64,000 nt of DNA from Octopus sinensis (GCF_006345805.1 NC_042998.1:139438001-139502000), one strand, 5' to 3'. Counted from the first letter of the stretch, positions 46,057 to 59,109 are shown. The notes: generated by a model from the sequence alone, not told the origin. Made by a program: numbers and translations.

Positions 46057-47259
46057 TGCCAGAGCATGCTCCATGGACTGTGCATCTGCTCTCTCCTCCT
46101 GCACTTGCCCTGCCGTCACCTATCTCCCGTTTCCCCTCATCTTCCACCCCTCCCTGGTCCACAGTTTCTTCCCTAACCCATCTCGTTCCCCTACTCCTGC
46201 CCACACTGCCGCACTTGCCCTTACCTCTCCAACATCATTCTTACCAGCACCCATCATCAACCCTATCATATCACTGACTCCTTCACCTGCACTTCTAGCA
46301 ACGTCACCTACTGCATCTCCTGCTCTCTCTGTTCTTTCTATACATTGGTTAAACAGGACGCCGTTTGGCTGACCGGTTCATGGAACACCTCTGAGACATC
46401 ACTTGGCAATGACACCCCGACTTCGTGCCATTTCTGCTCTATCGGTCATTCTTTACAACACCTCTCTGTACTTGGATTGTCCTTGCACAGGGGCCATCTG
46501 GACTCCCGTTTTCGCCGTGAACAGCAATTCATCTTCTCTCTTTGCTCCTTTGTGCCACCTCTTCATCTAATCCCCCCTCCTCTTTCCTCTCTTCCACTCA
46601 CACCTATTTCCTCCCTTCACTCCTACCCACCTTCTCCCTTCCATCCTCTCCCTTCATCATCACCCCTCCATTGTTACCCCACGCTACACATTCCCACCCC
46701 ACCATCCCTATACATCCCATCCCACTGCATCCCAAACATTCCATTCCCACATACCCCACTCCACAGTCTCACATACCCACCCCTACCCTACCCACCCCAC
46801 CCTACCCACACCCACCCTTATTTTTCCTCCAGCATCGCCTCCCCACACCCTAATACCACCACACACCACCATACCACACCACATTACACCACCCCGCACA
46901 GACTAGCACTGACCACTTCCCAGCACCCATACCTTCATCCACACACAAACGCATGCACATGTCAAGGTCACCAACCCCTATCCACATGCATATACACGCT
47001 CTTACATATGCACGCATGCCTTCGTTTTGGGATCTCCCCTTCTTCCTTGCTCTCCTGTCTGACCACCTCTGTCCGGCATTCACCATGATTGATCGCTAGC
47101 CACTAAACTTTTTCTATTTTCTCTCTCTGTGTTCCTTCCTGTTGAAGAGCGTAAGCTTGAAACATTAACGACTTCCTCACTTCCTGTGCATTAAACTAAT
47201 ACATCTGTTTGTTGTTTACACACCTGTCTTCGTCTTTTGTTTTTTTGTAAATTCCAACT
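46057..47259 (+). mobile_element. 5'-truncated Penelope-like element: GIY-YIG endonuclease remnant plus pLTR
   Basis: HITDSFTCTSSNVTYCISCSLCS-(frameshift)-YIG*TGRRLADRFMEHL*D..HFCSIGHS..REQQFIFSL (46267-46550), then a C-rich UTR and the terminal repeat 47086-47259. Confidence 0.88.
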
Positions 47260-47498
47260 ATATATGTCCATACAAACCTTTATATATGAAGGTTCATTAT
47301 ACAATGACTGTCAGCACTAACTTTACCATTTGATTTTCATGCAGTGTGTGTGTCCCTTGGTATATTCTACAGTCCTTTTTTTCCCTCAGATAACAATAAT
47401 TAGTTTAACTGTTAAACCTTTTGTAATCTATAACTTGCCATGAAGCTAATGTGTGACTTTTTGTTAATATTTGGTTTATTACTTTATATGTTTTATAG

Positions 47499-47591
47499 AA
47501 ATTAAAACTAGTATTTCCAATTGCTGAGAAATTGAAGAAAAACCTAACAGAACAATATGTTGTTGAAGAAAACAAACGGGTAATAGCTGAG
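47499..47591 (+). CDS. STAMBP: STAMBP coding exon 3
   Basis: tatag|KLKLVFPIAEKLKKNLTEQYVVEENKRVIAE|gttagt aligns to human [21 protein letters not shown]. Confidence 0.93.
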
Positions 47592-47855
47592 GTTAGTATT
47601 AAATTGCATCATTTCGCTTAGTCATAAACATCATCATTTAACATCCACTTTTCTATGCTTGCATGGGTTGGACAAAATTTTTGAAGCAAGTTTTCTATGG
47701 CCACATGTCCTTTCCTTCACCAACCCTCACTTGTTTCCAAGCAAGGTAGTATTAACCTATGACTGGACATGTTTCCATGAAAGATTAGAAATGAATGGCA
47801 TTGCATTTTTTCTATGCTCTAATGACTTATCCTTGTGTGTGTGTGTGTATGAATA

Positions 47856-47897
<42 letters not shown>

Positions 47898-48353
47898 ACC
47901 AGTCATTACCTGCAAACAAGTCTGGCTTGGTAACCTGTACCATGCTCTGGTTAATTGTTTTATGTAGTCACAAACAGACAGACACCCTCTTGATTCTCCC
48001 ACCCTTTAACCCAGTGGCATTTCCAGTGTATGATATCTAGAGTGAAAGATAGAGAGAGAGAGCTGTACCAGCTCTCAGCTGGTGCTCATTTTCAGCTGAG
48101 TAGACTGGAGTAACATGAAATGAAGTGCCTTGCTCAAGGATACATGTTGCCTAGTCCATGAACTGAACCCATTGCATTATGATCGCAAACTGATTATCCA
48201 AACAACTAATGTATATATGTATGTGTATATCTGTCTATCTTTATCTGACTCTCTGTCTATATTCATTCATCCATAAAACTTTGTAAATATTGGATATTGC
48301 ATTATTTTAAAATAATTTTAATAATTTTTAAATATTAATTTTTACTCTGACAG

Positions 48354-48721
48354 AAAAAATGCCAAGCAGAACTTGCAGAAGAAAAAAGACGACTGGAGGA
48401 GATCAAAGAGAAGCAGCGTATTGAAGAACAAGCACAAGCTGATAAACTGAAACAAGAAGCTGAAGAACGTTGGTTACGAGCTCAAGAAGAACGGTATAGA
48501 AATGATGAAATACAGCTTCTTAAAAACGTTCACAAAGACTCAGAAAATTTATCTTTAGGTCCACTTGTAGATTTAGGACCTGAATCTTGTTTAGCTGGAC
48601 CAGAGGAGCTTGCCCCATTCTGTAATTCAACAGAAACCAGTAGACCATCTACTGTTAAACCATCAGTGCCACCTCGGGATTTGAAGAAGAATCTTGATGC
48701 AAACTCTAGCAACGCTTCCAG
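48354..48721 (+). CDS. STAMBP: STAMBP coding exon 4 (coiled coil and linker)
   Basis: gacag|KKCQAELAEEKRRLEEIKEKQR..KPSVPPRDLKKNLDANSSNAS(AG)|gtagaa. A 368-nt open frame whose phase 2 end matches the next exon. Confidence 0.88.
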
Positions 48722-49804
48722 GTAGAAACTAATGTGTAGACACTGTCTAATGGATTACCTCTCCTAGTCAAAACCCTTCTAATATTTATCCTTTCCTTGT
48801 CTTTTAAATATTTAAATATTTTGGTTGTCTCTATTCTGGTTGCTGAATTTGATAATAGTTCCAATGTTTAATGCAGTTTAGATCTCTTTTTGACTCCATA
48901 GAAGGAAGAATGTAAATTTTAAGTCAACATATTTTGTAGGTATATTTTGGGCCTGCTAATACCTAACATTTGTGCTATAAATTATATGATTTTTCAAATT
49001 GGCACAAGGCACAGGTAGAGCTATGTGTTTGAAAAGTTTGCTTTTCAACCACATGGTCTCAGGTTCAGTTCATTGTAGTTGTAGGCTGACTAAAGCTTTG
49101 TGAGTGTATTTGGTGAACGAAAACTGAAAGAAGCCCATCACACATATATTCATGTGTTGTCTTGACATTGCATGACAGTTGTAAAACAAGTATCACTCAC
49201 TCACAATCAGTGTTGTTGGTTTCCAATCTACCATGAAGGCATGTCTGACTACAGAGAAACATTACCTTACTTGAAAATAGATTAGAGGAAGAGCTTTTGG
49301 CTTGACAAAATCTGCCTTCATGAATGCCATCTGACCCATGCAAGGATTGAAAAGGGAACATTAAAATGTTGATAATGATAATGATCACATGTTTGTAAGT
49401 AAGGTGATATGCAATTAGTTGTAAAAACTCCAGAACATGATTGATACTTATTTTATCAGCTTTAGGTACATGAAGGTTAAAGTGTTTAGATTCTCAAAAT
49501 GTATCATATTAGAAATTTTTCAATTGTACTTGACCACGTGTTGAAAGCAAAACAATTGTGCTGTAGTGGTGGTCATGATAGCTGTTTAAAGCACATATAC
49601 TTACTGTATATACAAATTTCTTTCGTAACTAGTGCAGGCATGGCTTGTGGTTATGCAACTCGCTTCCCAGCCACATGGTTGAGAAGTTCAGTCCCACTGT
49701 ATGGCACAATGGCAAGTGTTTTCTACTGTAGCCCTCAGCCAACCAAAGCTTTGTGAATGGATAAGGTAGATCGAAACTGAAAGTTGCTCTCTCTCTCTCC
49801 CTCT

Positions 49805-49870
<66 letters not shown>

Positions 49871-52032
49871 ATATATATATATATTATATATATATATATA
49901 TGGAGAACGGACGTTAAACGATGATGATGATGATGATATATATATATACACACACACACACATGATATATATATGTAGTGTGTGTGTACATCCTTGTATT
50001 GACATGTGTTAGTTATAAACAAGTGTCACTTTCGTGCCAGCTCTGTCAGTTGTTCATTTCCAGTCTTGTAAACGTGTCTGGTTATAATGAAATATTGCTT
50101 TGCATAGAAACAAATGAAGATTGGCAACAGGAAGGACATTGAATTATAGGAAATCTGTCTCAACAAATTTCGTTTGTGTCCTAGAAGCATGGAAAAGTCG
50201 GCATGAAAACAGCAATGATAATTATTATATATTACTGTTAAAATGACATTGCTAGGCATCTCCAATTTGGTCAGACCATAGATGCATGAAAAAACTATTT
50301 GCTTCTTAATAATGTTTAATAATATGGAAAAAAAAAGGTAAACGTTGCAGTAAATATGTGTATTAAATGGCTATAGGACTCATCCTCAATGCAATGGTAT
50401 TATCTGGGATATTCAGTTTTATAGTAATAATGATTTCTGATTTAGGTACAAGGTGAGGAGCAAGTTGATTACTCTGAACTCCCACACTCTATGGCTACTT
50501 TGCTTTCATCCTTTCTGGGTGAAAGCAAAGTTGACCTTAGTGAAGTTTGAATAATAACCCTGCCTATTATAGGCACATAGCCTGAAATTTTGTGGGAAGG
50601 GATTAGTCAATTATAGTGGTCCAACTAGCACTAATTTTATCTACCCCAAAAGGATGAAAGCAAAGTTGGCCTTGGTGGGATTTGAGTCCAGACCCTAAAG
50701 AACTGGAAGAAATGTTACTAAGCATTTTGTCTGGCATGCTAATGATTTTGCCAGCTTGCCACAATAATGATAATAATGGTTTCCAGTTAGACAGAAAGCC
50801 AGTAGTTTTTAGGGGTGGTGTTTTGTCAGTACTGTTGACTCCATTATTAACTAATTTGTGATGCTATGTTAAAGTATCATCATTGTCATTTTAATATCCA
50901 CTTTTTTCATGCTTGCATTGGTTCAGACAATTTAAGGTTTCATTTGTTTCCAAGCAAGATAATACTTTCCATATGGGAACAAGGGACTGCACTTGTATGA
51001 AAGTGATGCTCATTTACAACTATTGTGCAATGCCAAGATAAGGAGGCACTTACACACACACATAAACATACATTTACATACATAGTGATCTTTCAGTTTC
51101 CATCTATGAATCTATTCACAAGGCCTTAATTGGCTCAGGACTAAATACTTAAGGTACTATGCGGTAGGATTAGACCTAAAACCATTTGGTTGGGAAACAC
51201 ACTACTATATCTAAGTTTGCAGTAGTGTCAGATGTAATCTCTGGCATGCTGTGCATTTTCATTCTTTTTTAATAAACAAAAATTATTTCTTGTTTAGTCA
51301 GTATATTTTATTTTGCTGAAAGAATTTTCTGTGGAACTAGCAAAAACTCCTGGTCAAATTCTCTTCTGTAATATATTCCATTCATTTTGGAAAGGCTTTT
51401 CAGATCTCAGGCTGCTAATTGAATACCTAGTTCTATGTGAATTGTTTCTATATATTTAATTATATGATCTGAAAATAATTAAAGATTTATTTTGAAACTT
51501 TATTGATGAAGAAAGCAATAAAGTTTTTTTTTCATAGTTGATATATTAGACACAAACAGTTGATTAGAAGAATAATTATTTCTTTTTCTATAGTTGGTGT
51601 TTGTTTTGCTTCAGATCAGCTTTGAGTGAATAGATTTATGAATAGAGATGTTCTAGTCATGACTCTCTGGTCATTTTTTGTATATTTTGGATTATTTGTT
51701 GAAATTATTCTTACTTTTTTCCTATATAGTAGAGTGATTTGAGGAATCATTTGTAGCTAGGACAGACAGCCACATTGAAGCTTGTTTATGTTGAAAGATA
51801 AGGACTTGACAAAAACTAAAGTGTTTATGTAGATTACCAATGTTTTCTTAATTTCCTCTTCTACATTCCACCTATTTTCTCTCATATGCTCCTTACCTTA
51901 TAACTTTCACAATCTTTGCTTGTCTCATTCCATGATTTTTTTCTTTTTTTTCCTGTAGATCTTGTCAGCATTACCTCGCAAAGTAATTTCAATATGTATA
52001 TTTAATTCTATTTTCTTTTTATACTTTCTCAG

Positions 52033-52231
52033 TCCTACTACTCCACCTTCTGTAGACCGAAGCACAAAACCCAGCGTCAATCATTTAACAAGCATAGGAT
52101 CCACTGACAGTAGTATTTATGGCCTCCGAACTATGATGGTACCTTCTCAGTTGTCAGAGAAGTTTTTGGAAATTGCTAGGGCAAACACTGCAGCTAATAT
52201 AGAAACTTGTGGCATTTTAGCTGGGAAATTG
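52033..52231 (+). CDS. STAMBP: STAMBP coding exon 5 (SH3-binding motif and start of JAMM/MPN)
   Basis: ctcag|(S)PTTPPSVDRSTKP..YGLRTMMVPSQLSEKFLEIARANTAANIETCGILAGKL|gtgagt. Contains the PxVDRxxKP motif and the catalytic Glu. Confidence 0.96.
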
Positions 52232-53692
52232 GTGAGTTTAATTCCATCAAATAGCTGTATGGTTAAGATGTTTGTTTCCTTACACATGCTTTTGAATTTA
52301 AGCAAATGTCTCCTGCTGTAGCCACAGGCTGACCAAAGCCTTGCAGGTAGATTTCGTTTACAAATCTGGTGTGTGTGAGTATGTGTGTGTTTATATATCT
52401 ATATATATTACATATATTTTGACTGGCATGGTTGCATGGTTAAGATGCTTTCTCCCTCACCATGTGGTCTCTGATTCAATCCCAGTGTGTGGCACTTTGG
52501 GCAAATGTCTTTTGAGTGGATTTGATAGACTGAAACCAAAAGAAGCCCATTGTATATGTTTGATTGTATGTGTGTGTACCCTTGTCTTAACATTGTGCGA
52601 TGGTTGTAAGTAAGCATCACCATCATACAAGCAGTGTTGTTTGGTTTCAGTCTTTCATGAAAAACATATCAGATCACGGAAAATATTACCTTGCTTCAAA
52701 ACCAGTGATTGTTATCAACTGTTTGTAGAAAATCTGCCTCAACAAATTCCTTATGACTCCTGCAAACATGGAAAAGTGGATGTTAAAATAACAAAGTTTG
52801 AATTTGGAAGTTGGGTTCCTTTTAAAATGTTGCTTACCATGATGCATCATCAACATTGTAAGATCCACTCTTTCATATTGACCTAAGTTAGGTAGGATTT
52901 GTTGAGGCAGATTTTTCTACAGCCAGATGCGCTTTGTCACCAACCTTTGTTTCCAAGCAAGATATTTCCCCTCACAATAGAAGATGCTGACTTCTTGGCA
53001 ATAAATCAGTGTTTATTGAGCTTTTTATATGAATGCTGTATAAAATGAATGTAAATGGTGCATGCATCATTCTTCATGTGTAAAACATTTGAGTTTTGGA
53101 TATATTTGTATTTTATTAAGGGTTGGTTGCTGTTTAGAGCTGAAGTATTTTCAATTCTTTTAATAAGGAACCCAGCCTTCATCAGCTCCTGGCTATAGAA
53201 TTAATGTAGGATTACTATAAGAGGATATTGTAGGGTTCCAGATTTTGTACAGACTGGAATGATCTCTACTGTGCTTTGCTGATGAGTAGGGCAGTTGTTT
53301 ATAACAGTTTCTTTTTGCACTATTATACGAAATGAAGTTGGCCACAGTTGACAATGTTTGTGGTGTCTCTCTTTAATGAAAATGTGTAGAAGTTATTAGG
53401 GTTGTACAACTACCATTTTCCACACGGGTTTTTACAACAGCAGATGTGTGATGGACAACGTGTAGGTGATCATTGTCCATGACAGTCAAAAAGGATTAAA
53501 TTGAAAGCTGTGAAAATGACTGAGATTTAGAGTACACTCTTGTTGATACAGTTGGTGTCAGAGAGCTCAGCTGATGCAAACTACCAATCCCAGTATTAAT
53601 TGTAAGGTTAGTGGTGATGGGGAGCCCTGTCAGTAAATTTCCATTGAAAGATACAATTGCTTTCATTTAAATCTATAAAATTCTGATTTCAG

Positions 53693-53830
53693 CGTCAAAA
53701 CAACTTCCATATCACGCATGTATTGGTTCCTAAACAAACTGGGACATCAGACACATGTACCACACTAAAAGAAGAAGAATTATTTGATTACATAGACTCT
53801 CATGACCTCATTACTTTTGGATGGATCCAT
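53693..53830 (+). CDS. STAMBP: STAMBP coding exon 6 (MPN, Ins-1)
   Basis: ttcag|RQNNFHITHVLVPKQTGTSDTCTTLKEEELFDYIDSHDLITFGWIH|gtaagt, 138 nt. Confidence 0.97.
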
Positions 53831-54728
53831 GTAAGTAGGCAAACTGAATTGTATTTTTTGTTGTTGCTTGGTTGGACATGTTAAAAATTTTTAAGCATTT
53901 TGGTTGAAATCATAGTCCTGGCTATTGCCAGTGTCATGTAAACGGCACCCATGAAATCATAGTTGTGGATGTTGTTGGCGTCATATAAATGGAGCCTGTG
54001 CTGGTGGCACATAAAAAGCACCCATTACACTTTCAGAGTGGTTGGTGTTAGGAAGGGTGTCCAGCCATAGAAACCATGCCAAATCAGACTGGAACCTGGT
54101 GCAGTTCTCCAGCTTAACCAGTTCCAGTGAAACTGTTCAACCCATGCCAGCATGGAAAGCAAACATTAAATGATGAATGATGATGCTTGTGACCTGGTTG
54201 GAAATAGATGTTACTGATTTTGTTTTTGAGAAACTAGATTATCTTGTACTATCTTTTGTAGTGCAAAAAAAAAAAAGCTTTCACACTTGACTGCAAACAG
54301 AAGCTAAAGTGCATGTATGTGTCATCTTTTTACATTTGTTTTCCCTGTTGGCACGAGGGATTTGACAGGATCTGGCAAGTTGCAGTACTCTGATGAGCCC
54401 ACTGTCAATTTTGGTGTGGTTTCTATAGCTGGATGCCCCTCCTAATGTTGACCACTTTATAGTGTGTACTGAATGCTTCTCTTGTGCTGCCAAGTAACTT
54501 GCAAGACAAAAAGAACAGGGAAAAAGAGAAAAATAATCCCTCAACTAAGTATGTGTGTGTTAGAGAGATTATTTGAGAAGGAGGAGGTGGTTTTACACCA
54601 GGTGTTTAGAGGGACAAACACAGGTGTCTTGTCATATAACCATATAATAATGGTTTACTTTTTTATACTGTCTGATAAATTAACTTATTTGTATTTATTT
54701 TTCTTTCAATATTTTTTTATTTATGAAG

Positions 54729-54841
54729 ACTCACCCTAGTCAAACAGCCTTCTTATCTAGTGTAGATCTACATACACATTGTTCTTACCAAATAATGATG
54801 CCAGAAGCTATTGCCATTGTCTGTTCACCAAAATACAATGA
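54729..54841 (+). CDS. STAMBP: STAMBP coding exon 7 (JAMM motif)
   Basis: gaag|[37 protein letters not shown](GA)|gtaagt, 113 nt. Completes H-T-H-x7-S-x2-D. Confidence 0.97.
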
Positions 54842-55749
54842 GTAAGTACAGAGACTTTCATAATGTGCATTATTATTGTTTCATCCCTGATAATTTTTGA
54901 GTAAATCTATGATCAAAAGCAATCCAGCCACGATCATCTCGTCTTTTTATGTCAGAGATGACATTGCTCAATGTTTACATTTTTATTTAATTCATTTGTT
55001 ATCATAATTTCTTTTGAAATGCATTACTTTGATTTCAGTTAATTTTGAAAATAACAAAGAATTTAGTAAAATAACTTTGCCATTATTATTGAGCTGGTGT
55101 TTTGAACATAAGTTGAAATTTTAATGTAAGATTTTTAGTTCAGTTGAAATCAGAAAGTTTGTATAATAGAACCAAAGGTAGCCTTGAGTTTGTTGGTATA
55201 CAAAGGGTTAAAGCATGGAATGTGAAGTGTATTGTTAAAATAAAATTTATAAGGAATTAATTTTCAAAAGTTTAAACATTAATCTCAGGTCTAACATTTG
55301 ATACATTTTCCCCTTTTCACTCTTATTACCAAGAGGATTATCAAAAAGTTGAGAGGATATTCTCTTTCTAGATCACTTTGTATTCAGTATTACAAACTGA
55401 TGATGCAATATTTTATGTGGGTACTAATCTACAATGCACTACCATACTATTTAGGAGAGAGCTGGTGTTGATTGTGAACACAGTACAAAGCTTCTGATTG
55501 CAGAGAAACTTTTGACCTATCAGTAAATGGTCTGAAATAGTCATAAAACTCAGTAAACGGTTTTTTCTTTTTTCATTTTTAATAACTTTTCATTTTCATA
55601 AGACACAAAACTAATATTGTAACATTCATCTCCATTTAAGAAGTTACAACTGAGATAATAGAACAGAATTAAAGTTTAGCCTCTCTAGTGTGGATTAATA
55701 AACTGAATGAAATATATTTAATGTAATGTTATTATTTACTTATATACAG

Positions 55750-55852
55750 AACTGGTATTTTCATGTTAACTCCTGAACGAGGTTTACCACTTATATCATC
55801 TTGTAAGGAAGCTGGCTTCCATGTACATCCTAAAGAACCACCTCTCTTCCAA
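55750..55852 (+). CDS. STAMBP: STAMBP coding exon 8 (Ins-2, structural Zn)
   Basis: tacag|(E)TGIFMLTPERGLPLISSCKEAGFHVHPKEPPLFQ|gtaagt, compared with human SSCRQKGFHPHSKDPPLF. Confidence 0.96.
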
Positions 55853-57582
55853 GTAAGTTCCTGTCATAAAATTGTTAATTCTATTCTTCATGGTACACTG
55901 TTTATCTGTTGTGAACTTTATATATATAAAGTAATAGACCACTTGTGTTCTGTGTAAATATTAATTTAAGGCTATTATTCTAAAGTTCAAGAATCAACTA
56001 AATATTTACTGATGGGGAGATTCAATATTAAAAATAGTCAAATTTTGCTAGATTTCTGAGCAAGACCTTAAATTATTTCAGTTTAACTATAATAATACAT
56101 AAATTGTTTTGGTAATGTAACAAGTCTCATAATGAAGATTTGTATTTCATGTGAATAATCTGCTTGAATCTAGGAGTGAATTATCTTGGATTTATTTTTC
56201 TTCTGTATTTAAAAAAAAGTACCTAACCACTACCACAAAATGAATGTTCTAAATTCAGTGAACAGGTAGAATATAACTACACTACTCAGCAGGAAATTTT
56301 TAGGGACACGATATAGATCAACATAGTTTTTATGTCCACTTTTCCATGTATGTAAGAGTTAGATGGAATTTTATTGAGTTCAGTTTTCTATGGCTAGACA
56401 CCTTTCCCATTACCAAGCCATATCTGTTTTCGAGCATGGTAACATTACCACCTGGCCAGATATGTTTTCGCAGAATATTGGAGATGGATGACATTTACAA
56501 GAGTCACACAATATCAAGACAAGGAAACACAAACATACATGTGTGTTTGTATGTGATGGGCTTCTTTCAGTTTCTGCCTACTAAATCCCCTCAAAGTTTT
56601 AGTTGGTCCAAAGTTGTGGTGGAAGACACTTACCCTAGGTGTCATGCAGTGGGATTGAACACAAAACCATGTGATTGGGAAACAAATTTCTTAATCACAC
56701 AGCCGTATATTCACCTAAAAAAAAAAATGCTGAGTCCAATGTCAACATGTGTTGAAAGATAAAAATCTTTTTTAAGAAAATAAATAACATAAACAGTTAA
56801 AGCATGGAAGATGCATATTAGCTATTCAAAAGCACATAACTTAAATTTTGATGCCAAATAAATGAATGTTCTAATGATGTTGAATTTTGTGTTTTGGAAC
56901 GGCTAATATGTGTCTTCTGCACTACAAATTTTATTTTTCAACACCTAATATTGGATTAAATCAGTTACTAGACATGTATATCTCCAAAATTAGAAATTCT
57001 GCAAGGAAATATGCTTTTTCTTACCCATGAAGTCATTATTTAACATCCATTTTCCATGCGGGCATGGGATGAAGGCTTTGACACGACCCATTGATCATCA
57101 AGGTTGTACTGAGCTCCAATGTTGGCTTTGGTATGGTTTATATGGCTGGATACTTTTCCTAATGTCAGCCACTTTACAGAATGTACTGGCATTAGTGAGG
57201 TTGTCAAGTAACTTGCAAGACAAATGAACAGGAAAAGCCTCTTGAACTAAGTAGGGTTGGAGTATTTGAGAGATGGTAATTTTATGTTAGATGTTGAGAA
57301 GCTAAAGTATGATAGTACAAGTGTCTTGTTATAGAGGAGATACATGGCAATCCCACATTATAGAATGGTGGGGAGACTAGCTAGAAAGAATATAGATGTG
57401 GTGATGAGATGCCAGAACTGCTTGAGATACAAGGTGTGTATGAAAGGGGTTATAGACAGTGGATCAGGAGAAGACAGGGAGGTTTCATAAACGTGGGAGG
57501 AAGGTAATAGATGGGGGTAAGGGTAGTTGAATGATAAGTTGCTACTGTCTTGATTTTATAAATGTTGTTACTCTATTTTCAG

Positions 57583-57648
57583 ACCTGTGATCATGTTCAA
57601 CTGGTAGATGACCCCAATGTCATAGTGGCAGATTTACGAAATATATGA
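57583..57648 (+). CDS. STAMBP: STAMBP terminal coding exon
   Basis: ttcag|TCDHVQLVDDPNVIVADLRNI*, compared with human CSHVTVVDRAVTITDLR. Total CDS is 1353 nt. Confidence 0.95.
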   Translation, partial: TCDHVQLVDDPNVIVADLRNI

Positions 57649-57835
57649 TGACAAAAAGTACACAAGGGAAAAATCAATCAATCAATCAAACTACAAAGAA
57701 AAGCTTTTGATCACTTGATCAGAATATGTGATATCAGCAGATAGAGGATTTTTTTCGTCTGTAATATTGAAAATAACTGTTGCAAAATATTTTTACATTT
57801 GCAATATGTCAACATAAAAATATTGTATTATTCTA

Positions 57836-57841
57836 ATTAAA
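57836..57841 (+). terminator. Candidate polyadenylation signal for STAMBP
   Basis: ATTAAA ~190 nt after the stop, followed by T-rich sequence. Confidence 0.35.
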
Positions 57842-58084
57842 TTACATTTATCAATTGCTTTGTATTTAAGAGTTTTTATTAGTTTAATGGATTGTCCTTG
57901 GTCTTTGTATCATCAGTAAGCTTCAGCATGAATTTGTTTTATTTTCCTCATTAATTTTGTGAATGACAGAATCTTTAATTGTAGGTACTCAAGGAACCAA
58001 TCACTGGTTCTTTGTATTTCCAGTGATATGACAGGGGAGTGTTTGTGCAGGATGGTTTTGTACAGGTTTATCAGTTTCCATTAA

Positions 58085-58385
58085 GCATGGCTGTGTGATA
58101 AGGAGTTTGCTTCTGGCTTCAGTCCCACTGTGTGGCACTTACGACAAATGTCTTCTATAATCTTGGGCCCAACCAAAGCCTTGTGAGGGTATTTGGTAGA
58201 CAGACTGTGTATGTGTCCCCCTCCACTGCTTGACAACTGGTATTGGTGTGTTTATGTCTCCGTAACTTAGCAAAAGAGACCAATAGAATAAGTACTAGGC
58301 TTAAAAAAGAAAAGTCCTGGGATCGATCTGTTTGACTAAAACCCTTCAAGGTGGTGCCCCAGCATAATGACTGAAACAATAAAAA
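58085..58385 (+). mobile_element. tRNA-derived SINE copy
   Basis: Collinear with 27900-28212 (TTCAGTCCCACTGTGTGGCAC..TTGCTTGACAAC..TAGAATAAGTACTAGGC). Confidence 0.8.
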
Positions 58386-58904
58386 GATATATATATATCT
58401 TCCTCTTACCAACCCTTACCTGTTTCTAGGCAAGTTTTTACTTCCCCAGATGACCAGACGTTTTCATGGATGATTGGGAACAAACAACACCACTTGTATA
58501 CAACAGTTATGTATGATGGGCTTCTCTATAGATAGATAAATTGAATATCAGAAAAATGCCATGTGATATTTTTTTCCCTTTGTTCTGAGTTCAAATCTCA
58601 CCAAGGCCGCTTTGCCTGTCATATTTCCGGGATCAATACTATACTTTCATCTTTCCAGGATTGATACTATAAATTACTAGTCAAAGTTGGGGGTTAATTT
58701 AATTAATTCCTCTTCAAAATTGCTGGTCTTGTGCATTAAATTATAAACATTTTTTAAAGCAGGAGCTAGTTTTCAATTGCTTAAATGATTAAAAGGGTAG
58801 CAGTGTCTTGTATCATTTAACATTAAAAAAAAAAAAGATAAAGAAGGGAAGCGACTCTTGTGGAAGTATTGATGACTATTATTTTTAAAATAGACCATCT
58901 TAAG

Positions 58905-59109
58905 TACCGTATTTATTGGCCTATAAGACGCACTCTTTTTTTCTTTTGTAACCCCCAAAATGGCTTAAATTCCACTGCATCCAATGCACTCAATGTAGGC
59001 TCAAAACGTGTGCTGCTATCTATTGGTGAACAATCGCCTACAGTATGTTTATATCGAATGTGGATGCAATAAATTGCTTATAATTACTGGTAATAATGTT
59101 ATACAGGTA
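58905..59109. mobile_element. Possible Tc1/pogo-family MITE
   Basis: Starts TACCGTATTTATTGGCCTATAAGACGCAC and ends with degenerate ATACAGGTA. Confidence 0.4.

Noticed and set aside
46345-47088. 247-aa ORF as a host gene
   Set aside because: It runs through a disrupted Penelope GIY-YIG remnant and a C-rich UTR. The true frame has stops and a frameshift upstream.
48530-48712. 60-aa minus-strand ORF
   Set aside because: It is the antisense shadow of STAMBP coding exon 4.
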